Below, in pieces: positions 11,772 through 22,880 of a DNA stretch of 33,017 bases. Where the stretch lies: the NCBI RefSeq assembly GCF_001194135.2, contig NC_069000.1, forward strand, positions 20,383,087 through 20,416,103. Direction: 5' to 3'. The translations under genes were made by a program, and so were the position numbers. Below the pieces are notes generated by a model that was not told the DNA's origin, made no database searches, and saw only the letters and a program-made list of their open reading frames with translations. This DNA is from Octopus bimaculoides (lineage: Eukaryota). The first letter of the stretch is position 1. Each line of letters begins with the position of its first letter.

Positions 11772-12015
11772 TGATGGCTGCCCCCTCGTTATCGAGTATG
11801 GCCATTGCACGAAGCTTAACTTAACGGTGCTGTGATCGAATGTGATTTTTTAGCCCAGCCAAAGATCTACAATGTCTTGCACAGAGTTGGCATCCAAAAC
11901 CTTTACTGGCAATAGCTGGCTGTTGTTGTAATTGGGCTCCATGTACCTTTGCGTGTCGTTTAAGTCCTCCTGCTGAATCACACTCCCTTCCACATGCCCG
12001 ACAGACATGCCCGAC
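11772..12015 (-). mobile_element. RTE-type LINE 3' end encoding two C2H2 zinc fingers, with a short UTR and (ATGT)n tail
   Basis: CRACGRECDSAGGLKRHAKVH (C-x2-C-x12-H-x3-H) and CQLCARHCRSLAGLKNHIRSQH, then a stop. A 50-bp UTR ending CGAGGGGGCAGCCATC runs into (ATGT)n. Terminal C2H2 fingers with a GL..H.R.H pattern are typical of RTE ORF2 ends. The frame begins directly out of a microsatellite. Confidence 0.65.
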
Positions 12016-13004
12016 ATACATACATACACACATACATACATACATACATACGTACATTTAACGTCGTAGCGGATCCCAATATTTCAAGTAGCAACGCTGT
12101 TGTGTTTGGTCTAAAGTAGTCCTGAAAACATTTATACTTGTTGTTTAGGTACAGTTCAGCCCTAATTGTGAAGACCTATTATGAAAGACCTTCAGCCGTA
12201 ACTATCCGTCTCTTTGTATATCAACTCTCTCATCCCATCAGCCCTGACCGAGCAGACATTTGATGAAACTCATTATAACTGCGACCGGCCGATTTTTTTT
12301 ATCTGTTGTTTTCTAATAATGTCATCCACTTAGTACACTATTATTAATGTTGTGAATTAATGAATATTTAGAAGCTAATTCTGACTGCGTGAAGATGGCT
12401 TTCATCAACAACTAGATACTATTAGAAGCTTTGTATACATAATTTAGTCAGCATATCGTTTTATATGTGTGTTTGCAACTGGGTGTGATTTTGCTTTGTG
12501 CACAATGTATACAATTCGTCATTATGATAATCTTAAAATTATGCAATAAAACATAATGATGCATTGTAATAAAAATTTATTAATGATCATCGTATAAACA
12601 TAACCTATAAAGCTGGTCAGCTAATATCGCAATCTTTTCATGTATAAAGTGTAAACCAGATTTCATGTTATTTTTTGTCGTTACCCATCAAATATTATTC
12701 CAAATGCTGACCATTCTCATGTAGAAAACAATGGAATATGGGAAACAAATAGATATACATAACGTATTTCATAAGTTATACCATTGCACATCCGGAAGAA
12801 CATCAATGTATGCCCACAGAAGAGCGCTGAATGCTAATTTTCTAACATAACGTATTACATCGTATTTTCTGCAATTCGAAAGACAAACAAACAAAGAAAA
12901 AGGAACACACTTAAAATATTTATTCCTTTCGTAACAAATTTAAGTTTCGTCCGATATCATATATCGATCTCTTCACCAAACGAAAGAATATGCATAGGAA
13001 GCAC

Positions 13005-13006
<2 letters not shown>

Positions 13007-13051
<45 letters not shown>
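13007..13051. repeat. (TA)n microsatellite
   Basis: Directly visible. Confidence 0.95.
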
Positions 13052-13054
<3 letters not shown>

Positions 13055-13934
13055 TTTCAATCAGAAGTTTCTTTGCATTTATTGACGAAAAAAAGCATAG
13101 CTTTTTGAAGGCTCCGCAGATCACGACTGGTGTCACAATACGTACTGTATCCACAACTTTATACATAACAAAAGTGAACAATACAATTCATTATACAAAT
13201 TGTCGAACGGTTCGTAGAGCTAATAAATTTATATATATTTATATATATATATAAAAGTAAAAAATATAAATTAGTAGTATTCTATAAGCTGTCTCATCAT
13301 ACTTCTCGGTATATCTTTGTGCGTGTTTACAGAAATGTTTCTAGTTTCAAATGCCACAAAAATATAACAATGATAACCAGTCATCAACATGGAAATGTGA
13401 AGTATGTAACATTTAAATCCTGCATCATTTTTGTTTGTCTAGCTTCGTTCAGTATCATTCAGACAAAATAGTAAAATAATAAAGTGGCTATCAGCAAAAT
13501 TTATCCTCTGGCAAGATTTGCTCAGGGGAACTGTTAAGTTTTGTGTGTATCCTAAGATAAACAGCGTACCAGTTTTTTTTTAAACTAATCAACAACGGGT
13601 AGTCTAACAAACAAACATACAAAGCTATATAACAATCTAGCTGTCAGATATTTCTTCGATAATCCAGAATGTATGAGAGCAATGATGATTGATTGGACAG
13701 GATACTGGCACTACAGGCGAGACACTAACTACATATAAGGCTGGATTCTAAACAATTTCGTCCTTCATTGCATATTGATATAGTGATGCTCTATGGGAAG
13801 TGCAAACTTAATAAGATAACTTTGAAAGATGGTCATTTGATCCAGACAAGAAAGAGGAAACCTGAAATCTACCTGCACTGAGTTTTCATATTTGTATATC
13901 TTCTCGTACGATTACTCTTTCTATTGAGGAATTC

Positions 13935-15576
13935 CAACCACGTTTCGTGGTTCGCTACCTCAACAACTCCTTGATAGGATCTAGTGTCTAAGGATATCAT
14001 CAGAAGGAACCACGTCCGGTTTCGGCCCCTACTTCTCTACCGTTTTCGACGTGGTGCCCCCACCCCTTTCGGAGGTGTCTTCAGCTCTGGTACTGAGTGC
14101 ATTTTTTTCTTTTTTCTTTGGACTTTTTTTTTTCTTTGGTTTCTTCGATGCAGCGTCAACGAATGTCATCGGGCGAATGACCACCCTGCCAAATTTCCCT
14201 TTAAATACTCGCCGGTAAGTTCCAGCAGCCAGGCCAGCTAACTGTCACGTAACATAATCTAAGCTTCAACCGACCAATGGAGGGGCAGGGCGCGTAGATT
14301 TGGCCTGCCCCCTCTCTAAACCTACCTTCCAACACAGTCGTGTTACTTTCAGTTCCAGCAGCTAGAGCCGACTAGCTGTCTGGTTGTACAAGCCTTCGAA
14401 CTATCGGAGAAGAGGGTGCGCAATGAACGAGATGGTTCTCTTGGCCCACCTGTCAAGCAGCAACGCTGCTTAAGTGCCAGCCAGCCTCACCTAGCGATGC
14501 TATTTCCCAGTTGGCATGTTATGGCTTTCGAGCCATTTCGGGTCTTCTCATTTCAGTCATATATAGAAGTTGGCTTTGTCGATTGCCTCTTGTATGCTCA
14601 TTACTTTTCTCAGCTCTGAGCTTGAAAATGTAAACCTTCTTTTAAATAACGTCACCATTTTCCTTTCAATGAAGCCCCTAGCCCCTATAGCTCGTTGGCA
14701 ATACTCGACAGTCCACCCATGTTCCCCGTACTCTTCGATTAATCTCTCATACCTCCCCTCCTTCCGTTGCTCTGCATTAGTGATGTTCACTTCCCATGGT
14801 ACTGTCAGTTCAAGCAAAATTCCAATTTTTCGTTCTGTGTTCCATAGGATTAAGTCCAGCCTTCTTATTGTTTTATGAGTGAAAATACTAACAGCCTTTC
14901 CAAATCCACGACCAGCTCCCAGTATCCCTTCCACCTTTCGTCTGTCTCGTATACTTTTTTTGAAAGCCTGGTCTTATCTCCTTTTCCCTCCTTCTGGAAG
15001 TATATCCTTCCGTGCTTTTCCACTTTTAGTTACTCTCCCCTGTTATATACCTCGATCTTCTCCTCGAGCGCTGCGCTTATGACACCGAGAACTTGATTGT
15101 GACGCCATGAATATATCTGTCTAGTGCTGGCCTGCAGTTTGACAGAACTTTCCGTCGCTTTCTCTCCGAATCTACATGCCTCAGTCATTTGTATGTTTCA
15201 CCGAACTAAATTGGCCGGTGAAAGCAAAACGTCGAAAGTAGACTTGATCAGGAAGGATGTTCTTGCTTGTTTCCAATCCCAAAGTTCCTTCCATGAGATT
15301 CTGCGACTGACCACATATTCCTCCCATCTCAGGCACTCTCCCTGGTGACTACATTGCATCAAATATACATTTTGACTTTCTTTCCCCTCTTTTCTCACTT
15401 CGTGTACCACTGCTTCATGCGTCGCTCCGACTATATCGGCATGCCTTAGCTTTCCGGTCGTGCTATTTACTGCTTCTTCCGCTTTCCATGTCCTTCCTGT
15501 TCGTACCTCTGGAGTGGTTTTCCCGGATGTTCTGATTACTCTTTCTATTATGTATATTAGCACATTTAGACTTCTT
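13935..15576 (-). mobile_element. Hero-type RLE non-LTR retrotransposon relic (3' third of the ORF plus an approximately 600-bp GC-rich 3' UTR)
   Basis: PEVRTGRTWKAEEAV...LRHADIVG, QGECLRWE...RRISWKELW...SFLIKSTFDVLLSPANL, YSWRHNQVL, RRLDLILWN...LLELTVPWE...RKEGRY...IGARGF. These match Hero-clade hallmarks (VRTGRKW, WRHNQVL, ELTVPWE, GCRGF). Several stops and frameshifts. The 3' boundary is approximate. Confidence 0.8.
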
Positions 15577-15577
15577 A

Positions 15578-15844
15578 GGCACAGGCGTGGCTGTCTGGTA
15601 AGAAGCTTGCTTCCCAACCACATGGTTCCAGGTTCAGTCCCACTGGGTGGCACCTTGGGTGAGTGTCATCTGCTATAGTATCGGGCCGACCAAACCTTGA
15701 TGAGTGGATTTGGCAGACGGAAACTGGAAGAAGCTCGCCGAATATATATGTGTGTGTGTGCATGTGTCTTTGTATCTGTGTTTGCCCCCCACCCCACCCA
15801 TCATCACCTGACATCTGGTATTGGTGTGTTTACGTCCCTGTAAC
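15578..15844 (+). mobile_element. tRNA-derived SINE family B (head GGCACAGGCGTGGCTGTCTGGTAAGAAGCTT), cut by a gap
   Basis: A-box-like TGGCTGTCTGG, B-box-like GGTTCAGTCCC and an internal (TG)n; the reverse complements of 21722-21905 and 23135-23245 are homologous. Confidence 0.85.
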
Positions 15845-16365
15845 NNNNNNNNNNNNNNNNNNNNNNNNNNNNNNNNNNNNNNNNNNNNNNNNNNNNNNNN
15901 NNNNNNNNNNNNNNNNNNNNNNNNNNNNNNNNNNNNNNNNNNNNNNNNNNNNNNNNNNNNNNNNNNNNNNNNNNNNNNNNNNNNNNNNNNNNNNNNNNNN
16001 NNNNNNNNNNNNNNNNNNNNNNNNNNNNNNNNNNNNNNNNNNNNNNNNNNNNNNNNNNNNNNNNNNNNNNNNNNNNNNNNNNNNNNNNNNNNNNNNNNNN
16101 NNNNNNNNNNNNNNNNNNNNNNNNNNNNNNNNNNNNNNNNNNNNNNNNNNNNNNNNNNNNNNNNNNNNNNNNNNNNNNNNNNNNNNNNNNNNNNNNNNNN
16201 NNNNNNNNNNNNNNNNNNNNNNNNNNNNNNNNNNNNNNNNNNNNNNNNNNNNNNNNNNNNNNNNNNNNNNNNNNNNNNNNNNNNNNNNNNNNNNNNNNNN
16301 NNNNNNNNNNNNNNNNNNNNNNNNNNNNNNNNNNNNNNNNNNNNNNNNNNNNNNNNNNNNNNNNN

Positions 16366-16410
16366 TAGAACATAAAGACGGACAAAATGCCGGCATGCTA
16401 ATGGTTCTAC
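16366..16410 (-). mobile_element. Internally deleted head of SINE family A
   Basis: Reverse complement CTGGTAGAACCATTAGCATGCCGGCATTTTGTCCGTCTTTATGTTCTA matches the family A head. Confidence 0.55.
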
Positions 16411-16559
16411 CAGATCATCAGCCTCAATCTTTATAAATATTGACGATAGATTTCAAGATCTACTCCGCGGTAACTGTGAAAAGAACAAGCTCGAAGATAA
16501 CAAACGACAAATACTCAATATGAAACTTGAGCAAGCTCTGCATTATTTAAAAAAATAAT

Positions 16560-16885
16560 AACTGCATCGTAATATATAAGAGTATTCCTAGTCATTTAAT
16601 GATTTGAGTCGATTTTGTTGCCGCTTTATGGCAACAAAATATGGTAGGAAGTTGGTCTATGATTTGAGTTTGTAGCAGCTGATCTTCTCTGAGTGTATCT
16701 TTCATTGCTTGGCTGGTCCGGTATCGTCGTCAGGAGTTTATCCAATATTCTTTTTTAATGTTTCTCTAGATATTCCTTTTATATTTCTGATTTCTTTAGG
16801 CAAGCTGTTGAATAACTGAGGACCACTAAATATCAGACTGGTACAATAGAGCGTTTTTGTTCGTGATTTCAAAATATATATATTG
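16560..16885 (-). mobile_element. CR1/L2-group LINE 3' end
   Basis: Minus strand reads KSRTKTLYCTSLIFSGPQLFNSLPKEIRNIKG...K/LDKLLTTIPDQP (cf. GP.LFN.LP..IRN...FK..LD..L..IPDQP), followed by a short UTR containing an 11-bp stem-loop. Confidence 0.75.
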
Positions 16886-17359
16886 CAAACATTACAATTT
16901 ACTCAGTCTTTAAAATAAACTGTGAACGATTCAGAAAGATAATCCCACCAAACTAAAGAAAAAGTTACAACTCCCTTAAACTATTTACGACAACAAAGGC
17001 ACCAAAAAGCGCTCCACCCACTCATTTTCTCTGCATTGAAGGAGTATTTTATCGTGTACATATTTATGGAACAGTATAAATACACAAAGAAAACAATACT
17101 TTCATACTTATAATCACTTAATAGGTACACTAGTACACAACAAACGTTATCAAACAATACTCACTGGAATGACGCAGTAAACGTTGATGCGAAGGGTTGG
17201 TGAGAGATCTGGGAAGAAAATGAACGCAGCAGTAGGAAGTTCCATTGGACGGAACCAGGTAAATCATATTAATTTGTGTACAAACGTCCAGCAATACCCC
17301 GGTTAATATATCGAACAAAACATTAGTTACTTGTAGTAGAATAGAAGTACTCATCCGCT

Positions 17360-18330
17360 ATCCACGAGGAAATGAATATAAGCAGAAGAATGACATTCTT
17401 CCTTAGGGCCTACGTATGCGATACTCTATGTAGCCACAATAAAAACAAAGTGTTACTAAGAAATAAATGTATAATTTATACTTAGTATATAGACGATATA
17501 TTCATTGTCACTGGACACAGCTGAAGATTTTGAGAAATAAATCTTGAACAGAAAACGACTCTGTTCTAAAATTCAACAGTATAAATAAAACTCTTAGGAA
17601 TACAATGACTCCATTTTAAGACGTAATTATATAAACAATCAGAAAGAAAGTAACTGATACCTCACATGCATGTATACAAAACACATATAAATACTTACTT
17701 GGAGACAGCCAATGTCCACACATACAAAATGACAGTAACATAATCTCTACTTAGAAGATAATTTAAACTCTCTTCTACAAATGAAGCACTAGATGAAAAA
17801 ATCTCACCGAGAAAAAAAAAAAAACCTCAAGTCAACAACGGGCGTTCTTACAAACAAATATACAAAGTCATAGAACAATAGGCAGAAATACAATGCAACA
17901 AACATACCAGGCGTTAGGCGTATTAAAATTTCACAAATAGCACATGTAAGTGTATTATATTAAATAAATTACTACTAACTATACAATACACAGACACATT
18001 ATCATAAACCTAATAAGACACCACGAAACGCACTATGCCAAATCATAGACTACCGCTAGTAATATACTAGAAAATGCTAAATGTTAAAAAATAAAACACA
18101 ATAAAACCACAAGTATCTAAAGCCAGGAACAAACTACGGATGATTAATGTGTAATATATAATTCGATTACAAATGACCCTAACTGTTGTGTTGGCCATAC
18201 AAGCACAACACTTTAGTTCTGGTTTACATTGCATCCAGAACAAAGAGCAATTGCAATGTTTTATACCACAAAGCACAAGAGACATACAAAAAATAGAGAT
18301 AGCCAGAGAGATTAATATATCAAAGTACTG
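17360..18330 (+). mobile_element. Penelope-like element relic (RT plus C-terminal GIY-YIG endonuclease)
   Basis: GNEYKQKN, LGPTYAILYVATIKNKVL, Y.*YIDDIFIV (17486-17509), SVLKF, PF*DVII, VYKTH, then VIYNS...CVGHTSTTL*FWFTLH..RAI (18151-18250; GIY-YIG-like VY...YIG.T.T.L..R.T.H). Many stops and frameshifts. Confidence 0.75.
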
Positions 18331-18391
18331 ATAGTTTGCTGTCTGCTTATAAACATTTCAATACGTTATCTTCATTTATAACTAGATTTCC

Positions 18392-18460
18392 ATATATATA
18401 TACATATGTGTGCGCGTGTATGTGTGTGTGTGTGTGTGTGTATACATGCACGTATGCATA

Positions 18461-18511
<51 letters not shown>

Positions 18512-18640
18512 GTGTGTATACATGTGTATATGTATATGCACATACATATATACATATATATATATATACACACACAAACGTGCATACAATCATTAATGCA
18601 TACATACAGACATACATACATGCATATGCGTATGTGCGTG
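18392..18640. repeat. Compound (TG)n/(TA)n/(CA)n microsatellite
   Basis: Directly visible. Confidence 0.95.
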
Positions 18641-19099
18641 TTTTATGTATAAAAACGGCTTTGAAAAGATACCTGGTGGAAAGAAGTCAAAGTATCTACA
18701 GTAAAATAGATCTGCATGGAGCCATGTTACTCATGTAATTGTATAATAAAATTATGCATACACACTAACACATACAATTTTTAAAGCAACAGTCGGAATC
18801 TATTGAGAAAATTTGAGAAAACTCAACTATTTTCTTTCAATATATAAAAATTTGTAATCTTAAAAGTGCTCTATCTTCAGAGTCAAATCTTAATAACTGA
18901 ATCAGGCAGGAGTTAATAATAATGTTAGTGGTATGAATAAATATTTCGTAAACATAACAGTAAAATTTCTTTGATTTATTGAAATAGAAGAAATTGAAAT
19001 AGAAATATTAACAACAGCGGCGGGGAAAGCAATTTATATCTTGGACGCCTGATTACGTATGATGAAAACTGAACACAAAGAATGGATTTAAACGGTCAA

Positions 19100-21060
19100 A
19101 GCAAACTCTGAAAGGGCAGAGAAAGAAGAACTTGTTTCTCTAACTAAAGACAATATCCTGCCGCGGGTAAAGATACTACTAAATGAGAAACCTCTAGGAC
19201 CAGATGGGATCCAAGGCTTGTATTTGAAAGAATGTCTAACCAAGAAACCGTGTTAGAAGGGATTGCTGAGGGAAGAATGTTTTGATAATGAAAGATTCAA
19301 AGAAGGGAAAGGCAGAAAGAAATTGGAGGACAACTGTCTGCGTCCATGCATTTTTTCGAAAAATGCAACCATTTGATGCAGATCAAATTACTGCCCATTA
19401 AAGAGAAGGGTGTAGAAAACATTCAAGAGAAACTGAAGACCACTTGATTAATGACTAAATGGTAATGAAGAACTGCAAGTGACGATAGATGTATCTGAGT
19501 ATGGTGTGGGACAACTTCAAAAGAGTGACAGAGTCACTTAGGCAATTTGGCTCAGTTGAAGAAACTCCTGAACGTTTTTAGCGGTAGTAAGATGTACTAA
19601 CAAATGATCTTGGTGGACATAAAATTAGTCTGAAATAAAGTCGTTAAAAGAAATATCTTCCAGAGTAATGCTTGCTCTCCTTGTTATTTGTTATTGTGTT
19701 AATCTGAATGGCACTTGGAAAAGCCACACTAGAAAGAACACCCTCTCTAAAATAGCGAACATGATTTAAAGCCTTTTGCATGATTGAAAGCTAGCATGAT
19801 TGAAAGCCTTTTGCAAAGTCTGAAAAGTGAGATCAAGTCATTTATTTAAACAATAAAAGTGTGTTGCAGTGATTTCGGAAAGGAGTGAAGTATATCAAAA
19901 TATTTAGTCATAGAGAGAAGGACAAAAACCTGTTTATATGGAATAAACTAATCAAAAGACAGATTTTAGAACCTTATGACAATGGATACGAGTATCGAGA
20001 TATACAGGAATTTGCAATGGGAATGAACCCGAAACCATGTGGTTGGGAAGCTACTTACCACACTGCCTACAACTTTTCTACTTTTGAAAAAGAGTTTCGA
20101 ATTAAAATCTTTTTAGGACTAATTTTCGGGACAAAAGGGCGAAAAATACAGGAGACAGCTGTTTCAAATTTGCTTAGGTTAACAACAATATATATAGTAA
20201 TAACTCTGGTCAACAGCCAATTTTCATCAGGGATAATATATGGTGTTTCATATGTAGTTTTGTCCGCAGATTTCAAAAATGTAATCGGTTTCCTTCTATC
20301 AGGCACAGTTTTTCTGATGAAATAAGAGAGGCATAAGGAAATGAAAAATGAAAAGAAAACCCAAAGATATTACAGTCTAGATTTAATTCAAGGCATCTGA
20401 TAAATGCGACCAACATATGGGAAATTACTGTTGTGTATTATGGTGTTAGGATAGTGAATTGGACTAAAATGGGAATTAAAGTATTAGAAAAAAGGAGAAA
20501 AACCCTGATTATGCATGGAGTGTTTCACTCAAATGGAAATATCAGCCATTTATACATGTAGATTGATAGGATTGATTAACAATTATGATTGTAAGAATGA
20601 AGAACAAAGTTCAGTACTACAGTACATGCAATTTGTGAAGAAAAACTACTTAAACATCATACTGCAACAGAAATGGAAAGCAGAAAAACGTTAGCCCAGA
20701 AAAAATACAAGCGACCTCATGATAAGATTTATCTCAATTTACACAAGCCACTTTGTAGTCAAGAATATGGATACATTTCAGACATTTGGCACTATCATGT
20801 ACCAGAAATTGCTCTTAACCTGGTACACCAAAACTTCTATCAGATTTTGACATCCAGACAAGCAAAAATTGTACGCAGAAGGTCAGATAATGTTATATAT
20901 GACATAAAAATGATGATGCCTCATAATTGCCGCAGCAATTCCTACAGGAAATTTGCTTTCAGTCTAAGGCGTTTTATTAAGGTTTGACAGTTAACATGAA
21001 TAAAGAAAAACATTCTGTGCAATGACGTATAAGAATAATAATTGCTTCAAAATGGCACAA
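19100..21060 (+). mobile_element. Old, degenerate R4/Dong-type LINE (RT, thumb, RLE), interrupted at 20014-20331
   Basis: KPLGPDGIQG, IFQSNACSP/LFVIVLI (cf. IFQGDSLSPLLF), DLK.FAKSEKEIKSFI, GYEYRDIQE (cf. GYKYLGILE), then after the insert HKEMK, NSRHLINATNIW...NWTK...KTLIMHGVFH, WHYHVPE, DFDIQTS, RRRSDNVI. Confidence 0.75.
20014..20331 (+). repeat. Dispersed 318-bp duplicate of 23194-23514
   Basis: Base-by-base comparison shows two substitutions and one 3-bp indel (TCA); the flanks are unrelated on both sides. Confidence 0.95.
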
Positions 21061-21094
21061 GGCTTGCAGTTTTAGTGGTGGTGGCGGTGGTGGA

Positions 21095-21650
21095 GTGATC
21101 GGTTATATCGACCCAAGTACTTCACTGGTATTTTATTTTATTGAACCAGAAAGGAAGGAAGGCAAGTCAACCTCAGCGGTATTTAAACTCAGAACATGAA
21201 GAGCTGGAAGAAATACCGCTAGGCATTTTGTCCGACACGCCAACCATTCTGCCAGTTCAACGCCTTAATAACAATAATAATTCTTTCTACTGACTCAAGG
21301 ATTGAAATTTTGTCAATAACATCAACCACAGTCCTCAGCTGGTGTTTATGTTATCGAACCGAAAAAGGTGAAAAACAATGACCTCGGTTGCGGTTGAAAT
21401 CAGAAATTAAACCCAGAAGAAATGCTGCAAAGCATTTAGTCCGGCACAGTATCACTGAGTCAGTTCATCACACTTGGCTTCAGGTCTTGTGCATTAGGCG
21501 AACAATTTTAGTGTAGGAGAAGAGTTTATAACATCGACCTCAGCACTAGGCTGATACTATATTTTATCGACCCTGAAAGGATACATGACAAAGTTTACCT
21601 AGAACTGTATTTGAACTCAGATCGCAAAGAGCCAGGAGAAATATTTTTGT
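21095..21650 (-). mobile_element. Cluster of three degenerate family-A SINEs (about 21095-21266, 21300-21470 and 21500-21650)
   Basis: Each has reverse-complement SINE motifs (TTTTATCGACCC.GAAAG, TTGAACTCAGAA, GGCATTTTGTCCG); the first ends CTGCCAGTTCAACGCCTT followed by (AAT)n. Confidence 0.75.
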
Positions 21651-21721
21651 TGCTTGTTGTTTTTGTGAAATTGCTGCGTCTGTTTTCCTGTTGTTGGTGG
21701 TGATGATGATGGCGAGTATCT

Positions 21722-21905
21722 TACTTGTTCCAGTCTGCCACCAAGCTGGGGCACCGCCATGATGAATTTTTAGTCGGAGGTGTCGACCCCTGTACCTATT
21801 TTTTAAAGTTTGGTACCTTGATACCCATCGTATCAGTCTCCTTTTGTCGAAGTTACAGGGACATAAACACACCAGTACCAGTTGTCAAGCGGTGGGTGGG
21901 GTACA
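21722..21905 (-). mobile_element. 3' half of SINE family B
   Basis: GTTACAGGGACATAAACACACCAGTACCAGTTGTCAAGCGGTGG is the reverse complement of 15800-15844; GCTGGGGCACCGCC is the reverse complement of the family tail. Confidence 0.8.
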
Positions 21906-21929
21906 AACCACGCGCCTACACTATGAGGC

Positions 21930-22520
21930 TGGTGCTCATTTAATATTGAGATCCTCTCTTCAACGTCGACAAATACAACCTCCATCAACCAGAAAGTGTT
22001 TATTTTTGGTTCACTTTCACTGCGTATTTACCAATATATGAGGGTATCGTTCCGGAGAATCATTTTCTCTGTCACCTGGGGCAATATAGCGTCGACCTTG
22101 TCATTGTGTCTACCGTTCTTTGAGTTAAAACGGGTTTCAGGAAGCTTTCAACTTGGACTTCATTTAATCTTTCCACCAGTTTCCTTTTTTTTTTACCTCA
22201 TGCAACAGTAGATTAGTGTAAACTTGGTTTCTTGTGCAGTGTTTTTTCAGTACAAACCGGTTCATTCTTCGTCCTTCTCTCATCGCCTAAATGTTTTCCA
22301 TTGTAACCTTCAATCTTTTCTTCTCCTTTAGCTGCACGGGGAAAGATCATTGGTTTTGCAGTTGCTTGGCTCTGCAGCCTCTTCTGTTACTGTGCCGTTG
22401 TTACTGCTGCTTTCGTGCTGACGACGTGAGTAGCTGCAGTAGTCGCTGTGGTAGAAGTGTTTTTTTTTGGTGGTATAAACGCTGGAATGTCTTTTTTTAG
22501 TTGGTGGAGGAGGTGTTGCC
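21930..22520 (-). mobile_element. Decayed coding relic of an unclassified repeat, possibly a LINE ORF1 C-terminal region
   Basis: Minus strand has a Thr/Ala/Pro-rich linker, then RKLVERLNEVQVESFLKPVLTQRTVDTMTRSTLYCPR and TFWLMEVVFVDVEERISIL in different frames with stops. It is GC-richer than its flanks. The family assignment is only a weak recollection. Confidence 0.3.
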
Positions 22521-22569
22521 TGTTTTTACTCTAGGGTGCTAAAATGACAGCGTTGTTGGTGATATTTCT

Positions 22570-22880
22570 CTGCGTACTACTAGCACTCCGTCGGTGATGA
22601 GGGTTCAATTTTATTCGATCAACGGAACAGCCTGCTCGTGAAATTAACGTGCGAGGGGCTGAGCACTCTACTGGCACGTGTACTCTTAACATAGTTCCCA
22701 GGGTGATTAAGCGTGACAAAAAGTGGCCTTTGAATTACAGATACAACTCATTTTTGCCAGCCCGGCTCAGTGTACTGCGATAGTATGAAATAAAGTGTCT
22801 TGCTCAAGGACAAAACGCGTCATCAGAGAGCAAAATCACAGCCTTAGGATCGGGAGCAGAGTGCCCTAACCACTGTGTAG
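22570..22880 (-). mobile_element. tRNA-derived SINE with a CORE-like domain (family C)
   Basis: The reverse-complement head is CAGTGGTTAGGGCACTC. AAATAAAGTGTCTTGCTCAAGGACA resembles the CORE-SINE AAGTGACTTGCCCAAGGTCAC motif. CCTGCTCGTGAAATTAACGTGC forms a central block. Confidence 0.7.

Noticed and set aside
11821-12057. Host C2H2 zinc-finger gene
   Set aside because: There is no TGEKP linker, the ORF start is microsatellite-derived, and the end runs into an RTE-like short UTR and simple-repeat tail.
12160-12300. Two degenerate TCAGCCCT...GACC blocks resembling SINE tails
   Set aside because: Too short and diverged to assign or delimit reliably.
13990-14030. Complete hammerhead ribozyme
   Set aside because: The core words are present but stem I cannot form and the pair closing stem II is mismatched; reported only as a hypothesis for the consensus.
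19885-20325. 146-aa ORF and its 103-aa twin at 23197-23508, plus the antisense ORFs
   Set aside because: Chimeric read-through of a LINE relic, an antisense SINE head and transposon non-coding end. It recurs only because the DNA is duplicated.
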